A DNA stretch of 64,000 nucleotides from an uncultured delta proteobacterium (GTDB lineage Bacteria > Desulfobacterota > Binatia > UBA9968), in the NCBI GenBank assembly GCA_963847445.1, contig CAWJZV010000048.1, forward strand, positions 241,673-305,672, given 5' to 3'. Positions within the stretch are counted from its first letter, which is position 1; the number at the start of each line of letters is the position of its first letter. A model generated the notes under the pieces. It saw only the letters and a list, made by a program, of their open reading frames with translations. It made no database searches and had not been told where the DNA came from. Below are positions 42,421-52,751 of the stretch, piece by piece. Position numbers and translations under genes: made by a program.

Positions 42421-44655
42421 TTACGGGATCGAAGTACGCGCTTCCGGTCTAAACGCCTGAGGTAAATTCAAGATAATTCCATTCAACCCTTCTTGTTTAA
42501 TCGTTCGTAACTGCCGCTCGGCATCATCGCGCAAAACAAAATTGCCGAGGCGAACTCGCAGCGCCCCTTCGGCGCCTGCTTCGGTTAGCGAAACCGCGAA
42601 GCCTTTTTTCTCCATCCCCTCAGCCCAACGCTGCGCGCGCTCCTTGTCGTTGAACGCCAGTTGAATGATAAACCCCTCCAGCGGCTTCGGCGCGGTGCGC
42701 GCGATCGGCGGCTTTGCGAGCGCGGTTGCAGTACGGCTTATTGCCGAGCAATGCCAACTGTTCACCGATTTGTTTTGCTGGAGCTTCTTCCACCACGGGT
42801 GTGGGTGCGAGAGCTCCCGGCCGCGTCGTTTCGTCGACGACTGGCGGCGCGTTCGTTGTTTGAGCTGGCACTGGAAGAATGATTTCAAGCGGCGGTTCTG
42901 GCGGCACCGGCCTCACGGCGACCGGCGGCGCCCTGACAACCTCTGCGGGCATAGACTCCGCTGTAGCGGTCGGCGTCACTGCCCTTTCAACCTTCGGCGG
43001 TTCCGGCGGCGGCACATACATCGCAACCGGCGGCGACTTTGGCGTGTCAACAACCCGCTCTGGCGTTAAGCTTTCAATCGGCTTAACTTGGTTTGCCGGC
43101 GGTGCTTGCACTTCTCTTGGCGCCGCAACCTCAACCGGCGGTGGCGGTGCGAGTTTCGGCGCGACTGCAGGTTTGGGGGCATCCAGCACGGCACGCGCCG
43201 GCTCGACGCTTTTCACGTTGGGTTTAACGACCGACGCAGCTTCTTTGCTCTCGGCAACAGCAGCAATTTGCGGTGTTGGAACTGCTTTTGGCACCAGTGC
43301 GACAACCGCGGGCGCCTCGACCTCAACCGGCGGTGGCGCTGCGAGTTTCGGCGCGACCGCAGGTTTGGGGGCATCCAGCACGGCACGCGCCGGCTCGACG
43401 CTTTTACGTTGGGTTTAACGACCGGCGTAGCTTCTTTGCTCTCGGCAGCGGGAGCAATTTGCGGTGCTGGAGCTGCTTTTGGCACCAGTGCGACAGCCGC
43501 AGGCGCTGCGACCTCAACCGGCGGTGGCGGTGCGAGTTTCGGCGCGACTGCAGGTTTGGGGGCATCCAGCACGGCACGCGCCGGCTCGACACTTTTCACG
43601 TTGGGTTTAACGACCGGCGTAGCTTCTTTGCTCTCGGCAGCGGGAGCAATGAGCGGTGTTGGCACTGCTAATTTAGCGACTTCTCCTGGCGCGGCCTCGA
43701 CAAGCGGTAGTTCCACTGGTACTGCAATCACGGCTGTCGGCACGGCTGGTTTTGCCGGCGTTTCCGGTATGATCGGCACTCTCGGCGGAAGGGATTTAGG
43801 TTTTTGCGCTACGGTTACGGGCGGCTTTGACGACGCAACTTTGGCCACCGGTTCTCTTAGTGGGGGCGCATCCTTCTTGCCTTGATCCGGCGAGTCCGTC
43901 TTTATCGCTGGTGGCGGGTTTGCAGCCGCTGGCGCCGCGAGGATATCGTCTTCGCGGATCGCAGGACGAAATTCCTGATGGACTTCCGGCGCCCGATACG
44001 ATACCAAATTGAGCGGACCATCCTCTTCTACCGCGAAGATCGTGGCATCGGCCAACAAATCGTTCTGGTTGATTTCACGGCGCAAAAAGTTGCGGGTTTT
44101 TTCTTTGGCAAAATAAACGATCACTCGTTCCAGTGTCACCCGATTGGCCGCCGGTTCGGCGATGATGTTACGCCATGCCAGATTCAGTCCGTAACCGGTC
44201 ACTTCTTTATCTTGATAAATATCGTTTTCTTCACTCAAGATCGTTAGCAACTCAGGCCCGTATGAAGAGAACAGCCGGCTAACCTTGTCGCTATGCGCAC
44301 CTTTGGTCTCGAAGGTTTCCGGCACAGCTAGCACCACTTCGAGATAACGCTCATCGGCTGTCTTGGTCGCCGAATGGGTAAAGAAACCGATCCCGCCGAC
44401 CGATGAAATATTATTGGCGAATTGCAGCGAGGAGGTCTTCGAATTGCGCACGATGCGCTCGACCAAGCGGTCGACGTTGTCCTTGTACTTGGTGCCGAGA
44501 TAACGCGCTCTTGAGGTGCTGTAGTATGTCACCGGTGTGGCAATCAAACCGGTGCGGGAAGGCTTCTTGCTCGCACTATCATCCAACAGCCCACAGGCTC
44601 CCAAAAGTAGCGTCATCGATAACAGCAAGTGTTGAGAAATTCGATAAATTTTCAT
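42421..44655 (-). CDS. Lipoprotein with an unknown N-terminal domain, Pro/Ala-rich repeat stalk and C-terminal SPOR domain (two frameshifts)
   Basis: Lipobox LGAC; C-terminal GFIIQLAF..A..GF..LRVRLGNF..DAE. Confidence 0.75.
43120..43650 (-). repeat. Intragenic tandem repeat, 192-bp (64-aa) unit, about 2.75 copies
   Basis: GGCATCCAGCACGGCACGCGCC recurs at 43178, 43370 and 43561 (spacing 192 and 191). Confidence 0.9.
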
Positions 44656-44705
44656 CGAGCCTCCGCTGCGAAGCGCGGCGCGCAAAGTTTCGTCGTAAAG
44701 GTTTC

Positions 44706-44733
44706 TTGACAGGTTTTCGCAAGTACTTATAAT
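44706..44733 (+). promoter_or_regulatory. Consensus sigma70 promoter
   Basis: TTGACA-N16-TATAAT in an AT-rich divergent intergenic region. Confidence 0.75.
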
Positions 44734-44821
44734 GAAACGGAATTTTGAAGATTATACTAAAGAATATAGTTCTTACACGTGCTAAAGACAACAATTTCTT
44801 AGCTAACTGAGAGCAAATATT

Positions 44822-46283
44822 ATGGCATTAGGTGAACTGTTACGGGCAAAGGGAATCATCACGCAAGAACAACTTGACCGCGTTTTGCACCAACAAAAAA
44901 TCGCCGGCGGCCGGCTCGGCGATAATCTAGTCGCCCTGGGTTACCTGACTCGTGAAGATCTCGAAGCGGTGATCTCGGAACCGCCACCGGTGCCGAAAAC
45001 CATCGATGAGACCGGCCTGGAAAGCAATTTCTTGCTCAACTGCTCTGCTGCGCACGATGTACATCTCGGCGCTGCAGACGATTCCCGAGCTTGCCGAGCA
45101 GATCATGCTGACCCGCGGCGTCATCGATGAACTGCTCAACTTCGCCAAGAAAGAAGCGCTAGTCGAGATTCGCGGGCCGTCGGAGAAAAACTACAACATC
45201 ATGCGCTACGCCTTGACCAACGCCGGCAAGGAGCGCGCCAGCGAAGCACTGCGCCGCTGCGAATACATCGGCCCCGTGCCGGTACCATTGGATGTCTACC
45301 AAGAGCAAGTACAAAAGCAGACCATCACCAACGAAGTGATCGGCATCGAAAAATTGAGAAAAGCGATGTCGCATCTCGTGCTGTCGCCGGACATCGTGCG
45401 CCGGCTTGGACCGGCATCCAACTCCGGACGCGCCGTCTTGATCTACGGCGCCGCCGGCAACGGCAAGACTTCCATTGCCGAAGCGTTGGTGAGCGCCTTC
45501 GAGCAGCCGGTCTATATCCCCTACGCCATCGAAGAAGACGGTCAGATCATCAAGATCTACGACCCCTCCGTCCACGTAAAATTTCCCACCAACAACGGTG
45601 CCGACAGCAATGGCGGCGTGCCCAATCCGATTCTGCTGCCCCATCTCGAATACGATCCGCGCTGGGTACGCTGCAAGCGGCCCTATCTGATCACCGGCGG
45701 CGAACTGACGCTCGAAATGCTCGACTTGGACTTCGACGTGCACTCGAAGTACTACGAAGCGCCGCTGCAGATGAAAGCCATCGGCGGTGTTTTCGTCATC
45801 GACGACTTCGGCCGCCAACGGGTGCGCCCACATGAGCTGTTGAACCGGTGGATTTTCCCATTGGAGCGAAAGGTCGACTATTTGACTTTGCACACCGGCA
45901 AAAAAATCACCGTGCTGTTCGACCAGTTGGTTATATTCGCCACCAACTTTCCGCCCGAAGAGCTGATGGACCCGGCGCAGCTGCGGCGGGTTCACTACAA
46001 GATGCAAATTCAACCGCCGACGGAGCAGGAGTTTCGTGAAATTTTTCAGCGTATCTGCGACTCCTACGGCTTGGAATTCAACGATGAAATGATGAACTAC
46101 CTGTTGAATTCATTTTACAATAAGCACAAAGTTCCCTTTGCCGGTTTTCATCCGAAATTTATCGCCGAGCATGTGGTCGCGGCGTCCAACTACCTGGGCA
46201 CACCACCGCGCATTACGACCGAATTGTTGACAGATTCGTTACAAAACATGGTGGTCTTACCGAATTCCGCTGTTCCCGAGTGA
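44822..46283 (+). CDS. MshEN-domain AAA+ ATPase (frameshift ~45045)
   Basis: LGELLRAKGIITQEQLDRVLHQQ-KIAGG-RLGDNLVALGYLTREDL; YIGPVPV; GAAGNGKT; FVIDDFGRQ; LLNRWIFPLE; FATN. Confidence 0.8.
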
Positions 46284-46290
46284 CCCCTCA

Positions 46291-47574
46291 ATGGCCAAAC
46301 CGATTGCCTTGATCGTTCAATCGAGCGATGTGGCGACCACCAGCATATCGAAGGTCGCCGAGTCACGGGATTGCTCGATTCACGTTAGCCGTTCAATTGA
46401 AGAAGCGGCACAGGTGCTGGCGGCCTATCCCCAGCGACCAATTGAAATATGTGTTTGTCGATCTGGCGTTATGCCAGGGGTCAGACTGGAATGAATTTAC
46501 CGAACAACTAAGGCAAAGCCCGGATCGCATGGCGTTGATCTGCTACGATCCTCACCATGTGCAGACGCTCTACGGACTTACTCGGCCAGGCAAACAAAAG
46601 CCAATCCGAAGCCAACGGCCCCCACTCCATCACGGCGCCACACATGATCGGCGACACGCCGCAATTTCATGAAGTGCTCAACCTCGCCAACCGTTACGCC
46701 ATGCACGACATCACGGTCTTGATCACCGGCGAGACCGGCACCGGCAAGGAGGTCATGGCTCAGTACCTCCATGCCCATGGGCCACGCGCGAGAAAAACCG
46801 TTCGTCGGTTGTAACATGACGGCGATCCCCGAGACCCTTGTCGAAAGCGAGCTCTTCGGATATGTCAGAGGCGCCTTCACCGGCGCCGACCGCAACAAAA
46901 AAGGCTTCATCGAAGCCGCCGAAGGTGGCACCCTATTTCTCGACGAGATCGGCGATCTAGTTCCGTCAATTCAACTCAAGCTGCTGCGATTTTTGGAAAC
47001 CCGACAGTACTACCGGGTCGGCGAATCGTCGCCGAAAACCAGTGACGTTCGCATCGTCGCGGCGACTAACAAAGAACTCGATGAAGCGATCCAAGGCAGC
47101 GGCTTTCGCAAGGATCTTTACTTCCGTCTCAACAGCGCGCGGATCATCTTGGCGCCGCTGCGCGAACGCCGCCAGGACATCATCCTGTTGATCGCGAATT
47201 TTATCTACCAAGCGTGCAACCAGTTCCGCAAGCCGTTAAAGAAGCTCACTAGCTCGGCCAAGGCGCTATTCCTCGACTACCCATGGCCGGGCAACATCCG
47301 CGAACTCAAGAGCGTTATCGAGAGTGCCGTGATGGTCTCCGACGGCGACTACATTACCATCAGTGATCTACCGATGAACTTGCAGCACTACGCCACCGGT
47401 CATAGCGAAGAGATCGGCAGCAAAGCGATCCGCAACATCGAAGAGGGCGAGCGTATCGTCATTGAAGAGGCGCTGCGCCAAACCAACGGCAACAAAGCCA
47501 AGGCCGCTGAGGCCCTGGGCATTTCCACCCGCACGCTTTACCGCAAACTCGACAAATTCTCGCTCCCGACCTAG
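46291..47574 (+). CDS. Sigma54 enhancer-binding protein with a degenerate receiver-like N-terminus (multiple frameshifts)
   Basis: [38 protein letters not shown], Fis HTH; N-terminus IVQSSD..VFVDL. Confidence 0.85.
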
Positions 47575-47793
47575 TTCCAGCAGACCATTACGAAGTCCAT
47601 CGAGGCATCCCCAACAGACCACGTAACGTTACCCTCCACCGACTGATTTTCCCAACAAAACCAAAAAGATAGCCCCCTTTCAACAACGTACAATTTTGTT
47701 CGAGCGGAACAGAATGCGTGGAGCTATCGAGTAATTGTTGGACAACCGCGTCTTTAGCTTACTGAAAACGCTGGCCTTTCTTCTGGGCATTCG

Positions 47794-47809
47794 TGGCAAC
47801 CGTTTTGCT
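47794..47809 (+). promoter_or_regulatory. Sigma54 (-24/-12) promoter
   Basis: TGGCAA-CCGTT-TTGCT, GG-N10-GC, just downstream of the activator gene. Confidence 0.7.
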
Positions 47810-47853
47810 ACGTTGAGAACTAGCGCGCCAGTTCGTACGCCATCACGCGGTTT

Positions 47854-49350
47854 TTGGAGCGAATCCAGCAATCCATGTTGTCAGCCCTATTAAAACAAGT
47901 CCCCCTAGACATGAGCAACATCGAACGAGCTTCGGAGTCAGCGTCCGCCGGTGGATTCGGCAAGATGCTAAATTCTTTGCAGGGACTAAAACAACGCCTC
48001 GACGATTTTTCGATTACCGATGTCACCAACGCCGAGGCCAATGCGCATAGCTTGATCCTGCGTTTGAGACAGTTCCAGGATACCATCGCCGCAGTGGCGC
48101 TACTGAAAAATGCCACGGTGAATGTCAGCCGATCGATCGCTGAGATCGCCCCATTTGATACCGATGTCGTCAATCTCGACAGCCTGGAAAATCACCCCCA
48201 GCTCCACGCCATCGTCAAGGCGAGTAAACTCATCAAGCTGCGAAAATTGATGACGGCCCTGAAAGCGGGCGCAGAGGTCGGTGAGTCACAAAAAGATCAA
48301 TTTCACAATAACGTTGCCGCGGTATTGCCCACCGTCGAGTTAATAGCGAATCGCCCAAACGAGTCCTTGGACGCCACCGTCCGAGAATCGTCGGAAGGTG
48401 ATCTTACTAGCCTGCCAGCGATGGTCGACGAATCCGCCGCAGCTTTACAATCGATTGAGACCAATGCGACAAACCCATCCATAACCGTCGTATCAACGGT
48501 TTTTGCGTCTCCAATAAACGCGCCTCTCCGGGAGTTCACAGGCATTGAAGCGACGCCACCCGATAGCCAGGCGGAAACCGACTTTCCAACCGCTGAAGCG
48601 GAGTTTGAGACCGCAGTCGCCGCAGTCATCAAGACACCTTCTCTTGCCGAAGCAGTGCTCTTGGAAGACTTCGCGGCCCCAGCCGAGCAGTTCGCCGAGA
48701 GTCTGGCTATGGCGGCCCTATCGCAATCAGTTGAAGTCAAACATCTGCCCCAGATCGAGGCCCCAAAACAGCAAAAATCCCACTCCAAAACTAACGAGCC
48801 TCTCGGTGCCTCAAGAGCGCTGGTTCCGGCTAACGAGAATTTCGATTTGCGCTTGCTCGACGATCTGGTGTCCAACTACGGCGAGTTCGCCGCCAATCCT
48901 TATCTGCCGGCGACTATCGAGATGAAAGAGATTCAGTCCTTCGAACCTGCGGCAAGCGTGGCCGAGGAGTTACAAGCCGAGTTGCCCAGCCCCGCCGAGG
49001 CCACCGCGCCGCTGGTGAGAAAGAACGGCGAACTCGACCGGCAACTCAAGAAAATCATCAAAGATTATGGCGAAAACGATCTCTATGCGCACAAACAAAC
49101 GACCAATATCAAAAAGGCCGGCATCCTCGCCTTCGTATTTTTAGGTTTAGTCTTCGGTGTCATATATTTTTTCAAGGCGCCGTCGTCCACCGCTAAGACT
49201 GCCCCGGCGGCAGCAAACAGCACTCCGAGCGCGACGCAGGATGACCGAAAGTCCCAATCTGGGGCACCGAGGGCAAATGGCGATAGTCGCGAGAGATCCC
49301 TCAATTCTACTCCGAACGTGAAAAAACCAACGGCAAAAATAAATAACTAA
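47854..49350 (+). CDS. Hypothetical protein: helical N-terminus, acidic disordered linker, repeated YGE motif, C-terminal TM
   Basis: 498-aa ORF; LDDLVSNYGE and LKKIIKDYGE; GILAFVFLGLVFGVIYFF; start may be ATG 47875 or 47911. Confidence 0.7.
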   Translation: MERIQQSMLSALLKQVPLDMSNIERASESASAGGFGKMLNSLQGLKQRLDDFSITDVTNAEANAHSLILRLRQFQDTIAAVALLKNATVNVSRSIAEIAPFDTDVVNLDSLENHPQLHAIVKASKLIKLRKLMTALKAGAEVGESQKDQFHNNVAAVLPTVELIANRPNESLDATVRESSEGDLTSLPAMVDESAAALQSIETNATNPSITVVSTVFASPINAPLREFTGIEATPPDSQAETDFPTAEAEFETAVAAVIKTPSLAEAVLLEDFAAPAEQFAESLAMAALSQSVEVKHLPQIEAPKQQKSHSKTNEPLGASRALVPANENFDLRLLDDLVSNYGEFAANPYLPATIEMKEIQSFEPAASVAEELQAELPSPAEATAPLVRKNGELDRQLKKIIKDYGENDLYAHKQTTNIKKAGILAFVFLGLVFGVIYFFKAPSSTAKTAPAAANSTPSATQDDRKSQSGAPRANGDSRERSLNSTPNVKKPTAKINN

Positions 49351-49352
49351 AG

Positions 49353-49691
49353 GTGGACAAGACCATGAAAAATGACTTACAAAATCTCACTGAGGATATT
49401 TCGCGATTGTACGAAGATATCACTCAAAAGACCCAATCACTGGGGCAGATCGATAGTATTACCCGGCTCTACGACGAGCTTCAGACTCAGCTTCAAGGGA
49501 TCTCCACCGAAGAGGTTGAGATCCTGCAAGGGCAGATCAAATCGACCCTCGAACAGATGGTCGGTATCAGTAAGAGTTTGGCGGTGATCAAAACCTTAAA
49601 GGTGACTTTGAACGGGCATGATGATATCGCCGACAGCAGCAAAAAGAACCTGAATGGCAAAGACGCCCGCCGTTCCACGGAAGATCGCTAG
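49353..49691 (+). CDS. Hypothetical coiled-coil protein
   Basis: Internal repeat ISRLYEDI / ITRLYDEL; tightly spaced in the operon; start GTG 49353 or ATG 49365. Confidence 0.7.
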   Translation: MDKTMKNDLQNLTEDISRLYEDITQKTQSLGQIDSITRLYDELQTQLQGISTEEVEILQGQIKSTLEQMVGISKSLAVIKTLKVTLNGHDDIADSSKKNLNGKDARRSTEDR

Positions 49692-49712
49692 ATGCTATGA
49701 CGGACCGAGATT

Positions 49713-50508
49713 ATGCAAGGCAACCTTTCGCAAATTAACTTAAACGACCTGCTTCTGCTCGCCATCGGCGCCAAGAAATCAGGAGTCTTGCAGTTAACCC
49801 ACGGCAAGGAGACCGTCGATGTTTACCTCAATGAGGGGAATATCGTCCATGCCAAATGCCCCATCGGAGAAGGCGAAAAAGCGCTACTCTATCCCGTGAC
49901 TTGGGACGAAGGCACTTTCAATCTGCTTCCCAACGGAATAGCGCCGGCAGCCACAATCACCAAAGAATCGTCGCAGATCTTGGACGACTTGAAGGCGATG
50001 ACCCATGAGTGGAAAACCATTCTCGAAGTGGTGCCGTCCGGCAAGGCGCTCTTTTGCATCGCCGATCTGGCGGAGGATAACACCGGGCCGATCACCATAC
50101 CCAACGTCGGTTGGCGTGTGCTGAGTAAACTCGACGGCATCCGGACGGTCCAAGAGGTCGCGGAAATACTCCGCATCCCTTTCGCCTATATTGCCAAGGT
50201 ACTTTTCAATCTGCACCAGTCTGGACTGATCCAGACTATCGCCGCGCCGGTGAAACCCGTCGGCGATTTGGTGCCCGCGGCGCTGCTGGATAGCTTGTCC
50301 TCTATCCTCATCGAAGTCATCGGTCCGATGGCGCCGCTCGTCGTGCGCGATCAGGTCAAAGCTCTCGGAGCGTCCCTCGACAGCTTACCCGAATCCAGGC
50401 TCGACGATCTCATTGGCCTCATCGGCAAGGAAATTTCCGATACCAAGCTAGCGCAACAAATTTGAAGAATCCATGTACCAAGAGATATCTAACTTCAAAC
50501 GTTTTTAG
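49713..50508 (+). CDS. DUF4388 (PatA-N-like) domain protein (frameshift ~50460)
   Basis: MQGNLSQINLNDLL..KSGVLQL..EGNIVHA..WDEGTF; winged-helix LDGIRTVQEVA; C-terminal IGPMAPLVV domain; predicted end ..ISNFKRF*. Confidence 0.8.
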
Positions 50509-50542
50509 TAATAATAGCTTAAGCCGCAACAAGGAGACAGCC

Positions 50543-51319
50543 ATGCCTCAAGACACGGTATCCATCGAGAGTTCCAAATTTGCCAAACCGGCCGCCGAAG
50601 GTTGGCGCAAACGCGGACTCAAATGGAAAATCACTATGAACTTTAGCGGCCTGATTTTCGTTTTGGGTTTGCTCGTCATCGGCATCGTTTATCATTTCGC
50701 CGGCAACGCGCTGCAGAAGCAGGCTGACTTACGTTCTAGCGCGATCGCTACTAACCTCGCCGATGCCTCGGCGGGATTCGTCTCGCGCCGGAGCACCTTG
50801 GAACTCGATGCTTTGGTTACCAAGTATGGCCGACTCGACGGCGTAGCCTATGCCTTCGTGCAAGACGCCAAAGGCGAGGTGCTGGCGAGCAGCGTGCAAC
50901 CCTTTCCCGTCGAGCTCACGGAAGCGGTGGTCTCGACACCCGCGTCAAAAACCACATCGCTGCGCGGCAAGACGGTATTTGAAACCCGCTCGCCGGTGCT
51001 CGACGGCCAACTCGGCATCGTCAGAGTCGGGCTGTGGGCGGAAGCCGTCCAGGACGATATGCGTACGACCTTGCTGCCGATTATCGGTCTGATTTTTCTC
51101 TGCCTGGCGCTGGGTGTCGGTCTTTCCATCACGCTCGCCGGCCGCGCCATCAAGCCGATATTGGAATTGAAAACTATCGCCGACGAAATTAGCCGCGGCC
51201 GCCTCGACGCTACCGTATCGATTCAAAGCGACGATGAGGTGGGCGAGTTGGGTCGCTCCCTGGAACGCATGCGCGCCAGTTTGAAGGCCGCGATGGTACG
51301 GCTAAATCGGGAAAATTAA
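50543..51319 (+). CDS. Membrane protein with a periplasmic domain and terminal HAMP, no output domain
   Basis: AAGGAG RBS; two TMs; KPILELKTIADEISRG..DDEVGELGRSLERMRASLKAAM. Confidence 0.85.
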   Translation: MPQDTVSIESSKFAKPAAEGWRKRGLKWKITMNFSGLIFVLGLLVIGIVYHFAGNALQKQADLRSSAIATNLADASAGFVSRRSTLELDALVTKYGRLDGVAYAFVQDAKGEVLASSVQPFPVELTEAVVSTPASKTTSLRGKTVFETRSPVLDGQLGIVRVGLWAEAVQDDMRTTLLPIIGLIFLCLALGVGLSITLAGRAIKPILELKTIADEISRGRLDATVSIQSDDEVGELGRSLERMRASLKAAMVRLNREN

Positions 51320-51347
51320 TCACAACAAATTACGGAGGAGTACATTA

Positions 51348-52723
51348 ATGAAACAGTTAAGTAAGACATTTATGAAACCTCTGGTAGCGGCATCGCTTAT
51401 TGTGGTCGCGACGCTATCGCAGCCTATGGCCAACGCGGCGGAAAAACCTTTGCAGAAGATCAATGTCGCGTATAGCTCGATCTCCGGCAACATCGCGCCG
51501 CTTTGGGTGACCCAAGACAAAGGTTTTTTCCGCAAATACGGCTTGGAAGTTCAGTCAATTTTGATTGAATCCGGCACGACCACCGCACAGGCTCTAGTCG
51601 CCGGCGATATCAGCTTCGCTTCACTGGCTGGGCCGCCAGCGATCCAGAGCTCACTGCGCGGCGCCGACGTGGTCATGATCGCCGGCGTCATCAACACCCT
51701 GACGTTTCAATTGTTCACCGAACGGGGTATCACCCGGCCCGATCAGTTCAAGGGGAAATCCGTCGGCGTAACCCGCTACGGCTCGGCCACGGACTTCGCC
51801 ATGCGCTACGCCCTCGATAAATACGGCCTCGACGCCAACAAAGAGGTTGCGGTGCTCCAGTTAGGCAACCAGCCGGCCCAGCTAGCCGCGCTGGAAGCCG
51901 GTAAAGTTCAGGGGGCGATGCTGTCAATGCCAACTTCCGTGAGGGCAAAGAAGCTCGGCTTCCCAATGCTCGCCGACCTGCAAATGCTCGGTCTCGAATA
52001 TCAGCATACGAGCATCGCGACATCGCGCGCGCTTCTCAAGTCGAAACCGGACTTGGCGCGCGACTTCATGCGCGCGTTCATTGAGGGCATTCACTACGCC
52101 AAAACTCATCGGCGGGAAACAATCGAGATTATCGCCAAGTATTTGAGAACCGACGATAAAGACGTGCTCGATGAAACCTACGACTCGATCGTGCAAACCC
52201 TAGTCCCGGAGAAACCTTACCCGACGCAAAAAGGCATCCAGATCATTTTGCGTGAGATGGGCGCCAAGGACCCAGCGGCCCGTGCGGCCCGCCCTGAACA
52301 GTTCGTCGACACCACGATTTTGAAAGAACTGGAAAGCTCGGGGTTCATCGATAAACTTTATAAGTCCACCGCCACCGTCGCCAAAGCCGCACCGCGTAGC
52401 GAGCCCGCGCCGGCAACGGTGCCAACCAAGGCCAACGTTCAGGTCGCCGACGCCAAGACCAAACCGTGTCACGGCGGAAGAGAAAGCCAAACCGGTGGCC
52501 AAGCAGGCACCGGCTGCACGCCGAGCCTGCGGCCGCATTGAAGGCCAAAATGGCCGTTCAGGAATACACCGTCAAGGGCGGCGATACCCTCGGCAAGATC
52601 GCCGAACAGTTCTACGGCACTGGCACCAAGTGGGAGAAAGTTTACGAGGCCAATCGCGAGTCTGTGAAGAATCCCAACTACATCTATATCGGCCAGAAGC
52701 TCAACATCCCGGCTGACGGATAA
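51348..52723 (+). CDS. NitT/TauT substrate-binding protein probably fused to a C-terminal LysM domain (frameshift ~52470)
   Basis: Signal peptide; GFFRKYGLEV, EKPYPT, GFIDKLY; Ala/Pro/Lys linker; EYTVKGGDTLGKIAEQFYG..W..VYEAN..NPNYIYIGQKLNIP. Confidence 0.78.
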
Positions 52724-52751
52724 GTAAGCTAGCCAAATTGCCCGTCTAAAT

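Noticed and set aside
43120-43650. CRISPR-like or non-coding repeat array
   Set aside because: The 192-bp units are contiguous, in-frame coding repeats with no unique spacers and no cas genes
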